From a virus, in the IMG/VR virus record IMGVR_UViG_3300043399_000509: a stretch of DNA of 64,000 nucleotides; one strand, 5' to 3'. Positions 31,665-40,482 of this stretch are shown in pieces. Numbering within the stretch: position 1 is the stretch's first letter; the number at the start of each line of letters is the position of its first letter. The translations under genes were made by a program, and so were the position numbers. The notes under the pieces were generated by a model. The model saw nothing but the letters and a program-made list of their open reading frames with translations, did no database searches and was not told the origin of the DNA.

Positions 31665-31783
31665 ATAAAAGTATTCCTTAAAAAAATATATCCCCACGCC
31701 CATTGATCAGATGGATCGGCATGTTAATTCATGCCTTGATGTTGCGGTCTTTTACGATCCCGTCCGGGGACTTGTTAAGAATT

Positions 31784-31824
31784 AGTGCCGGGTTTTCTGT
31801 TACGTGGAAGAACCCGGCGAACCC
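31784..31824 (-). repeat. Imperfect duplicate of the tmRNA coding-piece 3' end (original at 32049-32087)
   Basis: agtgccgggttttctgttacg...aacccggcgaaccc occurs twice. Confidence 0.9.
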
Positions 31825-31829
31825 ATTAC

Positions 31830-32021
31830 TCAAATTAGTTTCTCAAATTCTATGATATCTTTGTGAATACGTTTAAATTTATACCCATCAAGATTACTTT
31901 CTTCAAGAGCAGTTCTACGAACTAATTTAAATGCAAGTTCTTTTTCGTCATTTTCACTTGGTGGATTGTTAGGTAACATTATCCAATCAAACGACGAGTT
32001 TATAATTTCTTGATATGTCAT
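31830..32021 (-). CDS. Hypothetical protein between duplicated tmRNA ends
   Basis: 63-aa AT-rich ORF with GAGG RBS. Confidence 0.55.
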   Translation of the reverse strand: MTYQEIINSSFDWIMLPNNPPSENDEKELAFKLVRRTALEESNLDGYKFKRIHKDIIEFEKLI

Positions 32022-32048
32022 ATCTTCAATCCTCTCATGCTCATCAAA

Positions 32049-32410
32049 AGTGCCGGGTTTTCTGTTACGAGGAAACCCGGCGAACCCTATGAGACCTTAA
32101 GCCGCTAGGCGTGTCTCAAATGGAGCATTATCGTTTGCTGCCTTTACGTTTTTGACCCGATAACGGCGGAATCATGCCGGTCTTCTCCTCTTGTCCTTCA
32201 ACGCCTGTCGATCCTAGTTCTGGCCCATCAAAAGCACTACTGGCATCCTGATTGACTTCTCCAACTGAGCCACGACAGCCCAATCTGTCAACCACCGTAT
32301 CCCTTGCCAGTCGGGTTGGGAGTTACCCAGTTTCCTTTGGTAGTGCTTGTGGTGGACCAGTGCGGTACTGCCCCGCAGTCCAGTTCGTCTATCTCCAATT
32401 CTCATCAAAG
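32049..32410 (-). ncRNA. ssrA: Two-piece (circularly permuted) tmRNA, tag ANDNAPFETRLAA
   Basis: Acceptor piece TGCGG-GGCAGTA-CCGCA-CTGGTCCACCA (ends 32350); coding piece starts GGGCCAG-AACTAGGATCGAC (32226); G3:U70 pair; tag ORF 32138-32097. Confidence 0.92.
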
Positions 32411-32416
32411 ACAACT

Positions 32417-32447
32417 TATTTATAGCACAGACAATCTCATTTGTCAA
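32417..32447 (-). promoter_or_regulatory. Composite sigma70 and T4-late promoter for tmRNA
   Basis: TTGACA-17-TATAAA overlapping TATAAATA. Confidence 0.75.
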
Positions 32448-32479
32448 TATCTATAAAGCATATAAAGAGTAGGTATTAC

Positions 32480-32680
32480 TTAGTCTCCACGGTCAGCATA
32501 TTTGTTCACACAAACGGCATATACTGCTTTTAGTCCTCCATTAAAACTTTTCTCAACAGCAACTTTTGCTTTCTCACATGCTTCGAGGCTGGCAAAATCT
32601 GCTGTTGTGGTACCACCATTACTGTACCCAGAAATAAAGATAATCATAATCCAGTTCATCATAGTTCTCCTGCTTTCCAC
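32480..32680 (-). CDS. Small hypothetical protein
   Basis: Hydrophobic N-terminus, FASLEACEKA...AVCV. Confidence 0.55.
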   Translation of the reverse strand: MESRRTMMNWIMIIFISGYSNGGTTTADFASLEACEKAKVAVEKSFNGGLKAVYAVCVNKYADRGD

Positions 32681-33795
32681 TTGACCTTTATAATGTTACG
32701 AATAGAATCAACATCCTTTTGAGACGAACAGTTTTTCAGTACAAGAGCAATCACCTTATCTCGTATATGAACTTCGTTGTTGTCCCAGCACGCAAAAAGA
32801 ATAGACCGAGTAAAAGGATTTATCTTTGGTGCATACTCAGTGGCAAACTGCTTACGAGTTATACCATTTGCCTGAAAATGTATCAAGGTAGTTAGTACAG
32901 TCATTACCTCCAACTCAATATTCATCAACAGACCTTCCTTGAAATGAATGACTCGTTCCTTGTCGCTGTCTGGTAGATTGGGAAGAATATCATCGATCTT
33001 TTCTTCAAGGATAAGCTTGATAACATTCTTTTCAAATAGAATATTTTCTTTGGCCTTATGAATAGCAACATACCATTCGGTTTTGATCTTTATCATTTCT
33101 CCATTCTCAAACCGAACTACCACACCTTCCATATCAGTCTGGTTCTTCAGGTCATCCAATAAACCGTGATACTGATCTACAACAGGAATATTATACCGAT
33201 AGGCATTTACACGAACAGCCTCGGGTGGCAGATACTTACCAGATACATTCTCACGGATTGCCAGTATGATAAGCTTTGATTCTTTGTATGGTAGAACAAT
33301 ACGATTGTCTGGGCTGATGAACTCAAAGATTGGAGTCATATTGTGTTCATGGCACAGCAAGGCAAACTGCTCATATAAAATATCTGGCTTGCTGGCAATG
33401 AAATCTTCTGCCTGTATTGCCACATCAGTAATACCCATTTTGGTTGCCCAACGGACATTACCATCAATCACCAGTGGAGTGATCATGCTTCCATCAAGTT
33501 TCTCCAACACAACATGTGGTATATTCCAGTTGATATTATCTGGTAGGGTATGTTCCTTTTCACCCAGGTTGAAGAACTTATGAAAGCGACGAGATAAAAC
33601 ACAACCGTTCTCGTCAAAGACAAGACCACGGCACTCCCGGCGAATAGGACAATCAAAGGAATCTTCGTGGGCAACCATATAGTTGAATACAGTATAGCCT
33701 TCACGGGTAGCCTCTATAAACTCGGGGCGACCTTGAATAGCCACCCTGACTTCATCAATATGATTTATCTCTGGAAACATTTTCAACATTCTCAA
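32659..33795 (-). CDS. rnlA: RNA ligase 1 (T4 Rnl1 family)
   Basis: ECRGLVF, KFFN, EKLDGS (motif I), FEF, EGVV, KIKTEWY. Confidence 0.9.
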   Translation of the reverse strand: MRMLKMFPEINHIDEVRVAIQGRPEFIEATREGYTVFNYMVAHEDSFDCPIRRECRGLVFDENGCVLSRRFHKFFNLGEKEHTLPDNINWNIPHVVLEKLDGSMITPLVIDGNVRWATKMGITDVAIQAEDFIASKPDILYEQFALLCHEHNMTPIFEFISPDNRIVLPYKESKLIILAIRENVSGKYLPPEAVRVNAYRYNIPVVDQYHGLLDDLKNQTDMEGVVVRFENGEMIKIKTEWYVAIHKAKENILFEKNVIKLILEEKIDDILPNLPDSDKERVIHFKEGLLMNIELEVMTVLTTLIHFQANGITRKQFATEYAPKINPFTRSILFACWDNNEVHIRDKVIALVLKNCSSQKDVDSIRNIIKVKWKAGEL

Positions 33796-33956
33796 TACGT
33801 TTTGAATACTTTCATTTCACCACAGGTCTTACATTGTAAAGTAAACTTATTACCAATTCTTACGTCATCATCATCGACAATGATGGTCTCTTGGTATACT
33901 TCCCAATGATGATCGTGCCAAGCTCCCGTCCATAAAAATCTAAGTAACTTTTTCAT
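33792..33956 (-). CDS. Small hypothetical protein
   Basis: MKKLLRFLW...HHW...CKTCG; start approximate. Confidence 0.45.
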   Translation of the reverse strand: MKKLLRFLWTGAWHDHHWEVYQETIIVDDDDVRIGNKFTLQCKTCGEMKVFKTY

Positions 33957-34165
33957 ATCACAACTTTCCATGCTCGATTGTTTGAGCACCAGTCAGCAAT
34001 ACAGTTTTCAGCAGTGATCAATTCGCTATTCTCACCGTGAAGTTTTACCATTCGGACCTTCCACCACTCCCAATGATCATTCAAAACTTCTTCTCGGGTC
34101 TTGGTGATCACAAGTGGTTCTTCGCCCATATCAAGGATAGGAGTATAGAAAGCATACTTTTCCAT
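33953..34165 (-). CDS. Hypothetical protein
   Basis: ORF coupled within the operon. Confidence 0.5.
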   Translation of the reverse strand: MEKYAFYTPILDMGEEPLVITKTREEVLNDHWEWWKVRMVKLHGENSELITAENCIADWCSNNRAWKVVI

Positions 34166-34166
34166 A

Positions 34167-34616
34167 TTAGTAATCTCCCGGCTTTACCTGCATACACCGA
34201 ATACCGTTCTCACGCCACATATTTACTACGGTGTTCCGGTCATCAAACACCATATAGGGATTGTAGCCATCAAGACGCATCTGGTCAAGCATATCTTTCT
34301 TCACAAGAGCATCATCCCGGTAATCATCCTTTTCACGCATGTATATTACATCATAGGACACCTCGGCAACATTCTCAAGCCACCATACAGTATCTTCCCG
34401 CTGCCGTTCACTACGGCCAGTTGAAATAATAATGCGGCAACCCTTTGCTTGAAACATCTTTAGAAGCCAGACCACATCTTCATAAACAGTATCTTCCCGG
34501 ACACCCTTATGAAAACCTTTCCAGCCTTTTGGACGGTCGTGCAGATAGTGCAGCCGATGACCTAAGTTAGCCAGTGTGCCGTCAATATCAAATATAATGT
34601 CCTTGGTCATTCGCAT
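34167..34616 (-). CDS. HAD-family polynucleotide 3'-phosphatase (PseT phosphatase domain only)
   Basis: DIDGTLA, STGR, MR..DYRDD..VK, FDDR motifs. Confidence 0.85.
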   Translation of the reverse strand: MRMTKDIIFDIDGTLANLGHRLHYLHDRPKGWKGFHKGVREDTVYEDVVWLLKMFQAKGCRIIISTGRSERQREDTVWWLENVAEVSYDVIYMREKDDYRDDALVKKDMLDQMRLDGYNPYMVFDDRNTVVNMWRENGIRCMQVKPGDY

Positions 34617-34637
34617 TTTTCCTCATCATTACGTATA

Positions 34638-34666
34638 ACTATACCAGATCAGGACGGCAAAGTCAA
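34638..34666 (-). promoter_or_regulatory. Early sigma70-type promoter
   Basis: TTGACT-17-TATAGT. Confidence 0.75.
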
Positions 34667-34779
34667 GTTCTATTTTCCACACAAAACAGTGTTTAGTTGA
34701 GGCATATACAACCACTTAGTTGTATCTACGCCAAATGAGGCATAAAATATATGAAGGAAAATAAGTGGAGTGAAAAATA

Positions 34780-35217
34780 TCATTTTACGATTTCCCATTG
34801 ATAGTAATCTTCTGGTGGAGACTGAAAATCTACTTTTCTATCACTCATTGTCATAGAAAACATATAGACCTTTTGTTCAGAGTATATTGAATCAAACTTC
34901 CATCCAACGAATCCACCATCATCTTCATAACCAATAAGAACAGTGGATGCGGTTATATCATCACTTTTTTCCACAAAGACTGTGTAGTCCATATGTGAAT
35001 GTTTTGATGCAATCTCACCAAGTCTTTTTTCAAGGCCTGCTTTTATTTCATTCATATCCACAGTTTGTCTGGTTTCTTTAGCAACAGAAACCAACTCGTC
35101 CTTTACTTCATTTTTGATCATGTAGAACATAGAATGTTTATATTGTTGGGCATCGCTTTTACACGATCCCGCAACAATCAAAATGAGAGTAAGAACAATA
35201 ATAATATGTTTGATCAT
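34780..35217 (-). CDS. Hypothetical exported protein / possible lipoprotein
   Basis: Signal-like N-terminus ending VAGSC. Confidence 0.5.
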   Translation of the reverse strand: MIKHIIIVLTLILIVAGSCKSDAQQYKHSMFYMIKNEVKDELVSVAKETRQTVDMNEIKAGLEKRLGEIASKHSHMDYTVFVEKSDDITASTVLIGYEDDGGFVGWKFDSIYSEQKVYMFSMTMSDRKVDFQSPPEDYYQWEIVK

Positions 35218-35720
35218 CCACGTTCCTCTGAGACACTAAAATCTGTTCCAAAGGCATGGTTCATACCTTTGTGGTTGAGTATAGTGTCTTTGAGTTCTGG
35301 TGTCAACTTTTCATTTCCTGTATAGTGAAAGGTTGTCTTTCCTTTCACTATTTTGACGATACCAGGAATGGCGTGTCTTTCACCAGCAGCAACAGTTTTA
35401 TCCTTGACTGCACCATGAGAAACCTTGCCATGTTCAAAGAATGATGCATGGCCGTTTTTAGACAGCCACGCACCAGCACGAGAATCAGAGGTCATGGGGC
35501 TATCCTTAGAAACATAATTCATCATATGCTTCTTCAGTCTTTCATCAAACATGGTTCTTTCATCAGGTTTGATTTTATCCCGAACATGAATAATACCATA
35601 TTCAAGGCCACGATGATTCTTGCCTGTATCAACATCGGTATAATCATTCTTTGGTGTTCTGGGCTTTGGTTTTGCTCTTGGCTCTTTTGCTTCTGCCAGA
35701 AGTTCTCTAAGTGTTTTCAT
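35214..35720 (-). CDS. Hypothetical basic protein, possibly capsid-internal
   Basis: MKTLRELLAE N-terminus. Confidence 0.5.
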   Translation of the reverse strand: MKTLRELLAEAKEPRAKPKPRTPKNDYTDVDTGKNHRGLEYGIIHVRDKIKPDERTMFDERLKKHMMNYVSKDSPMTSDSRAGAWLSKNGHASFFEHGKVSHGAVKDKTVAAGERHAIPGIVKIVKGKTTFHYTGNEKLTPELKDTILNHKGMNHAFGTDFSVSEERG

Positions 35721-36448
35721 CCTACTATTCCAAGTTCTGTTCGTTTGATAATGTAATCTTTCACCAAGCCTGAGCGAACAATATCATTCTTCTCAAACTC
35801 AATGTAATCAAACTTGTTCATTCGTTTTGTTATATTTAGGAAATGCATAAGCCCACTTTTGTCTCTATCGTGGGTAAGGTCTGTCTGTCTAAAGTCACCA
35901 CAGAAAATAATGCGTGATTGATTGCCCATACGAGTCATCACAGTATCCAACTCTTGGAATGTCATGTTCTGTAGCTCATCAACAATAACGATGGCATTGT
36001 TGAATGTGAGGCCTCTCAAATATGATGTTGTGGTGAACTCAATTACGTTTCTTAGTTTGAGTATGTCATAGGCATCGCCTCTTTCAAATAGCTCATTACA
36101 TATTTCTCTGTATGGTTCTTCGTATACTTTGATCTTTTCTTTGATATTGCCTGGAAGAAAGCCCACATCCCTGGATGGAACAACCGATCTCACAATAACA
36201 ACCTTATCATATAGAGTCGAGCCTGATATGATTTCTTCCAATCCCAAATACATTGAAATGAACGATTTACCTGTTCCAGCAAAGCCGTGAAGAACTAAAT
36301 TCATTCCATTATTATAGGACGTGAATGTTTTCTGTTGGTTTGTTGTTAGGGGAGATATCTTTCTCAACTCAAATCTATTTTTGACGAGAGTATTATTGTT
36401 GTTATTGTTGTTGTTCTGGTTTGATTGTTTTTGCTTTCTTTTAGACAT
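35717..36448 (-). CDS. phoH: PhoH-family ATPase
   Basis: GFAGTGKS, GFLPG, LRGLTF, VDELQN, GDFRQTD, DIVRS; start trimmed to ATG after GGAG. Confidence 0.92.
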   Translation of the reverse strand: MSKRKQKQSNQNNNNNNNNTLVKNRFELRKISPLTTNQQKTFTSYNNGMNLVLHGFAGTGKSFISMYLGLEEIISGSTLYDKVVIVRSVVPSRDVGFLPGNIKEKIKVYEEPYREICNELFERGDAYDILKLRNVIEFTTTSYLRGLTFNNAIVIVDELQNMTFQELDTVMTRMGNQSRIIFCGDFRQTDLTHDRDKSGLMHFLNITKRMNKFDYIEFEKNDIVRSGLVKDYIIKRTELGIVG

Positions 36449-36551
36449 ATCGTCTCCTTTATGTGCAGAAAAGGCCCTTCTCATTTTTTGAGAAAGACCC
36501 TTTCTTATACTTCTGTCGGTAACTCTGTTTTTAGAACTATACAAGTTTTTG

Positions 36552-37115
36552 TTATACCTCTTTTGGAATGCCCCATCGCTTTGAAGCGACGGCTGATGCC
36601 CCTGGGACTTCTTTTACTTTACCCAGGACATATTTTTGAAAGTCCGCTGGTGGCTTTGTGACACCAATGCCAACAGGATCAACAATATTCATTGAATCGT
36701 ATACTCGTTCCATATGTGGATTATGGTTTTGGAACTTTTCCATTTCACTAATAGACATAAAGAGGTCTACGATCTCGTCTGTCTTTGTATTATGATATCT
36801 ATAAGTTGGCATTTTTCCCTCGCTCATTGGAACTGATTTCTTGGGTCTTACTGCTGGCTTTGGTTTGGGTGGCACGATCTTTGGTGCTGGTGTTGTCTTT
36901 GGGACTTCTGTTGTTCTTGGTCCAGGAAGAATATGATCAAAGTTGCCCTTTGGTAATGGTTCTATCTTCTCTGGTTTGTCAGTCTTACCCTGACTCATAA
37001 AGGACTCAACGTCATCCTTGTTCCAAACTCTTTTATCAATAACATTCTTACTTTCTTTATCACCGGGTTGGTATTCTAACTCTTTCAGGTATTGCTTGAA
37101 TGACTTTACTTTCAT
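36552..37115 (-). CDS. Late hypothetical protein fused to an MPTY (FmdB-like) domain
   Basis: MKVKSFKQYLKE start; internal MPTYRY...MSISE with its own GAGG RBS. Confidence 0.5.
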   Translation of the reverse strand: MKVKSFKQYLKELEYQPGDKESKNVIDKRVWNKDDVESFMSQGKTDKPEKIEPLPKGNFDHILPGPRTTEVPKTTPAPKIVPPKPKPAVRPKKSVPMSEGKMPTYRYHNTKTDEIVDLFMSISEMEKFQNHNPHMERVYDSMNIVDPVGIGVTKPPADFQKYVLGKVKEVPGASAVASKRWGIPKEV

Positions 37116-37141
37116 AACTTATCCTACAGTTGTTATGGATG

Positions 37142-37149
37142 TATTTATA
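37142..37149 (-). promoter_or_regulatory. T4-type late promoter TATAAATA (also at 23105, 32417, 42217, 56819 and 60531 on -, and 55894 on +)
   Basis: Exact TATAAATA upstream of gene starts; gp33 is present. Confidence 0.7.
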
Positions 37150-37690
37150 TAACTAACCACTTTGGAGGTTGTCTTTTTGTATATATGTGTAGATGTTTTT
37201 TACCGTGAATATAATAGTTACGATAGTTCTCCACGGAATCTTCACTGATTATATATTGCTTATCCATAGCAGGGGTTGGTTGTGTGAAAGGTGTGGTTGG
37301 AATATTCTGTGGTGGTGAACCAAGCACTCCCAAAAGATCACAACACTTGTGTCGTTTGCCATACCTGTATGTGTATTCTTTTGTAAGCTCTATTGTGTGA
37401 TTGAATAGCCAATAATAGTTATCCTGGCACTCCCGGCACCAGACAGAAGATGGATGATTGACATGTGTTGCCTGATATATCACATCATCCCGTTGATCAT
37501 CAAGTTTCCATCGTTTGACCTTGCGACCACCTGGAGATAGGGCAATGTACATTTTACCATCCACCATACGATGGGCCGTTGATAGTAATTGAGTTGATTC
37601 TAAAATCATCTTCACTACGTGACGGTCAACAAGAGACTGTGCTGCGACTATGGGGGACTGGTCTACATAGAATATGTTCATTTGTGGCAC
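37145..37690 (-). CDS. Pyrimidine-dimer glycosylase (DenV)-like protein
   Basis: MNIFY...DRHVVKMILESTQLLSTAH...THVNHPSSVW...EYTYRYGKRH. Confidence 0.7.
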   Translation of the reverse strand: MPQMNIFYVDQSPIVAAQSLVDRHVVKMILESTQLLSTAHRMVDGKMYIALSPGGRKVKRWKLDDQRDDVIYQATHVNHPSSVWCRECQDNYYWLFNHTIELTKEYTYRYGKRHKCCDLLGVLGSPPQNIPTTPFTQPTPAMDKQYIISEDSVENYRNYYIHGKKHLHIYTKRQPPKWLVI

Positions 37691-37705
37691 TCCGGCATAA
37701 CATAT

Positions 37706-37742
37706 AAAAAAAGAGGTTGGGACTATTCTATCCCAACCTCTT
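37706..37742 (-). terminator. Intrinsic terminator
   Basis: aagaggttggga...tcccaacctc followed by T7 on - strand. Confidence 0.8.
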
Positions 37743-37767
37743 CAGGCGATCAAGTCTCATTTGATGA

Positions 37768-38316
37768 TTACGCAACCAACTTTTCAAGAGGCTGGTCATA
37801 CTCATCAAAGGACTCGTCAATGGCATACTCACCAGTCGTGGCACTCTCGACTTCTTCATCAAGCTCCACTTCTTCGGCTTCCTTGGCAGCCTTAGCTTCG
37901 GCACGAGCCTTTGCCTTTTCTACCTTGGCAGCTTCCTTTTCTGCCTTTACCAGAGCCCGAGCCTTGGCCTTTTCTGCCTTTTCAAGTTCCTTGGCAGCCT
38001 TGGCTTCTTCACGGGCCTTAAGCTTCGCTGCCTTGATAAACTCTCGCTGAAACAACTTCTCATTCTTGTCGTGTTCCTTTTGAACACGGGCAGCCATCTT
38101 GTCTTCATATTCCTGGGCAGTGCCCACACCGTTGTAGGTGTATGAAGCGATAGAACGGCCATCCTTCTCAACAGAGATATCATAACCTAGCTTACGCAAC
38201 TGCCAAACATAACGAGTGGCAAACTCATCGCCAGTAGCACTGTTGATATCAGCCGGGGTAACAGAGTCATTGGTCTTCAGTAGAGCAAGAGCAGTTTCAT
38301 GGGGACGCTTAGCCAT
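37768..38316 (-). CDS. Early protein, winged-HTH-like N-terminus with Ala/Lys/Glu-rich helical tail
   Basis: YVWQLRKLGYDI motif; AKAAKE repeats; own promoter. Confidence 0.6.
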   Translation of the reverse strand: MAKRPHETALALLKTNDSVTPADINSATGDEFATRYVWQLRKLGYDISVEKDGRSIASYTYNGVGTAQEYEDKMAARVQKEHDKNEKLFQREFIKAAKLKAREEAKAAKELEKAEKAKARALVKAEKEAAKVEKAKARAEAKAAKEAEEVELDEEVESATTGEYAIDESFDEYDQPLEKLVA

Positions 38317-38364
38317 TAGTTTTTCCTCACAGGAGTTATATGTTCATTTCCAACTTACAAAACA

Positions 38365-38393
38365 AATATAGCATTTCTAAACTTATCTGTCAA
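38365..38393 (-). promoter_or_regulatory. Early sigma70-type promoter
   Basis: TTGACA-17-TATATT with extended TG. Confidence 0.8.
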
Positions 38394-38432
38394 GCGGTAT
38401 TTGATCACAACTTTGTGATTTGAGTTGTATGT

Positions 38433-38624
38433 CTAATCTAACAAATCATCATTCAGGATTTGACACTGAACTTGATATCCAACTTGGACCCTGATTTGAT
38501 CCAAGACTTGATATCCAACTTGATCCAATACTTGAGACCTGACTTGAAACCCGACTTGATTCCAAACTTGTTCCTCGACTTCAAACCTGACTTGATATTT
38601 ATTTTGTTCTTCTACATTTTTCAT
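38433..38624 (-). CDS. QV-repeat mini-protein, outlying copy
   Basis: QVRFEVEEQVWNQVGFQVRSQVLDQV repeat. Confidence 0.7.
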   Translation of the reverse strand: MKNVEEQNKYQVRFEVEEQVWNQVGFQVRSQVLDQVGYQVLDQIRVQVGYQVQCQILNDDLLD

Positions 38625-38820
38625 TTCTTCTCTTACCTACCTTTGTCTTCACCAAAGACTTGGGACGTTCACCAGCATAGGAAACACCTACACGGGCAGG
38701 ATAGAAAGATGTATTACTCTTGTCTCGCTTACCCTTCTTACAGACTGTGATTGTCTTACCAGAAGCGACAAACTCTGCTAACTGGTCAGCAATGAGCACT
38801 CTCGTTTCTGTCTTCTTCAT
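38599..38820 (-). CDS. Hypothetical protein
   Basis: MKKTETR...EFVASGKTITVC; GGAG RBS. Confidence 0.55.
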   Translation of the reverse strand: MKKTETRVLIADQLAEFVASGKTITVCKKGKRDKSNTSFYPARVGVSYAGERPKSLVKTKVGKRRNEKCRRTK

Positions 38821-38927
38821 AACGATCTCCATAAAATATATGGGGAAGAACTTTGGCATGGTATAAGAACTTTTTTGCTGACAAACTCTGCGAATGTCAA
38901 GTCTTATGGTTCTTCCCCACAAATCCA

Positions 38928-39335
38928 TTATTCCAAGACGTAGGGCTTATTCCACTTGCCGATATTCACGCTGACATACCAACCTTTGTCAAAGTAATCG
39001 GTTTGAATGTCGGAGTTATCCCAGTTACCAGTATTCAGGGCCTGCATCAACTCAGTAAGAAACGCCTTACAGTCACCATCAAAGTAGTTTCGAAAATGAT
39101 AGGGATTGATACTAATATGGTCCTTGGCTTCTTCCTTCTGCCAGGAACTATATTGACTGATGGTACTCACGGTATTGTTGAAGTTGTTGATGAAGTCCAG
39201 CTTACCAGACTTGATATTACACACCAGAGTGGAATGATTGTCTACAGCAAAGGTTGCCTTGACACCATACTTTTTGAGAATGGGCTTTGCGAGTTCAACC
39301 AACACTTTCTTGTTCGTTTGGTTCATGTAAGCCAT
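38928..39335 (-). CDS. Conserved phage early protein
   Basis: WDNSDIQTDYFDKGWYVSVNIGKWNKPY motif. Confidence 0.7.
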   Translation of the reverse strand: MAYMNQTNKKVLVELAKPILKKYGVKATFAVDNHSTLVCNIKSGKLDFINNFNNTVSTISQYSSWQKEEAKDHISINPYHFRNYFDGDCKAFLTELMQALNTGNWDNSDIQTDYFDKGWYVSVNIGKWNKPYVLE

Positions 39336-39366
39336 TGCTTGATTCCTATCTCATCATTACGAGAAT

Positions 39367-39395
39367 ATATTAGCAAATCACAGTGGCAATGTCAA
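39367..39395 (-). promoter_or_regulatory. Early sigma70-type promoter
   Basis: TTGACA-17-TAATAT, extended TG. Confidence 0.8.
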
Positions 39396-39685
39396 GCGGC
39401 CTTTTTGGTGTTGTAGAGACACAACTTTTTGATGGGCCACTTTTCAACGACAAGCTTACCGTCGTCGGTTTCATCCACAACCACATATGCCACAGTTTTG
39501 AGCACTCGGGCATATCGGGTTTCGTTGCCTTGAGGACCGACATACACCAACTGTGGAAAGGAATGAATCTTGTTATCCGTAACAACCTGGAACACATCCA
39601 GGGCATTTACAAATTCAAACGGACGGGCCGTTTCTTTGTGAATGAAGTATCCAGTCACACGCATATTAGAAGCAGCGAAAGCCAT
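39392..39685 (-). CDS. Hypothetical early protein
   Basis: RYARVLKTVAYVVVDE motif; promoter and RBS upstream. Confidence 0.65.
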   Translation of the reverse strand: MAFAASNMRVTGYFIHKETARPFEFVNALDVFQVVTDNKIHSFPQLVYVGPQGNETRYARVLKTVAYVVVDETDDGKLVVEKWPIKKLCLYNTKKAA

Positions 39686-39713
39686 ATCGTTCTCCTCTCA
39701 TCATCATGAAAGT

Positions 39714-39742
39714 ATAATAGCATGTGACTGGATAACTGTCAA
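39714..39742 (-). promoter_or_regulatory. Early sigma70-type promoter
   Basis: TTGACA-17-TATTAT, extended TG. Confidence 0.8.
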
Positions 39743-39762
39743 ACGAAAAGTTTTATGAGTTG

Positions 39763-40089
39763 TCAGTAAAAGTAAACGGTGAAGTCATCGATACCGGAGT
39801 TTTCCTTTACCATAAACAAATCACCATCTTCACCAGGAGACAAAACATACTTTACCTTTGTAATAGGATGAACAAAGGTTGCCTTGTTCAAAACAGCATC
39901 CCAGCACTCCCAATAAAACTCCTCATCCGGTCCTTTCAGTACAGTTTGATAATCAGGGTCGAAGTCTTCCATACCCCACATAAGATTATTAAACTGTTCA
40001 GCAAAGACCTGTGGCACATACTGGCCATGATGTCCATCAACAAGAAGTGTGGGATATTGTTCCATCATCTTTGGATCAAACTCATCCAT
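39763..40089 (-). CDS. Hypothetical early protein
   Basis: HGQYVPQVFA...GPDEEFYWECWD..L...DGDLF. Confidence 0.65.
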   Translation of the reverse strand: MDEFDPKMMEQYPTLLVDGHHGQYVPQVFAEQFNNLMWGMEDFDPDYQTVLKGPDEEFYWECWDAVLNKATFVHPITKVKYVLSPGEDGDLFMVKENSGIDDFTVYFY

Positions 40090-40482
40090 TCTTTGATTCC
40101 TTTCTAAGGTCTTTGTATTTCACATCCAGAACGACACTACCACTATTCAGCAGCACAGTATATCGTCCTTTTAGGTCAATGGAGAGGACTTTTCCTTCCT
40201 CTCCATTGATAACAACAGAATCATTTATCCAATACATTATTTTCTCTTACGAATCAAATCACCCAAACCTTTTAGTTTGGGAATGTTGCGTTCAATCTCA
40301 AGGACGGCACTCTCCAAATCATCACGGGAGAGATGTCATACCGCTTTTTCAAGGTGGCTATCTTTGTAGTACACGGTATAGCCACCCTGTTCCAAGTACT
40401 TGATGATTTCATCATCTGAAAACTCATCAAGGGCTACCTCAACTGGAACATCAACTGTTATGTATGACATGTAATGTGTCCT

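Noticed and set aside
31700-31720. Hammerhead ribozyme core (CTGATCA)
   Set aside because: Does not match CUGANGA and lacks the GAAA element in the right stem context
32214-32447. 77-aa ORF
   Set aside because: Overlaps the tmRNA promoter, acceptor piece and spacer; starts in the -35 box
36388-36416. Poly-Asn tract in PhoH
   Set aside because: Short low-complexity linker with mixed codons; no sign of phase variation
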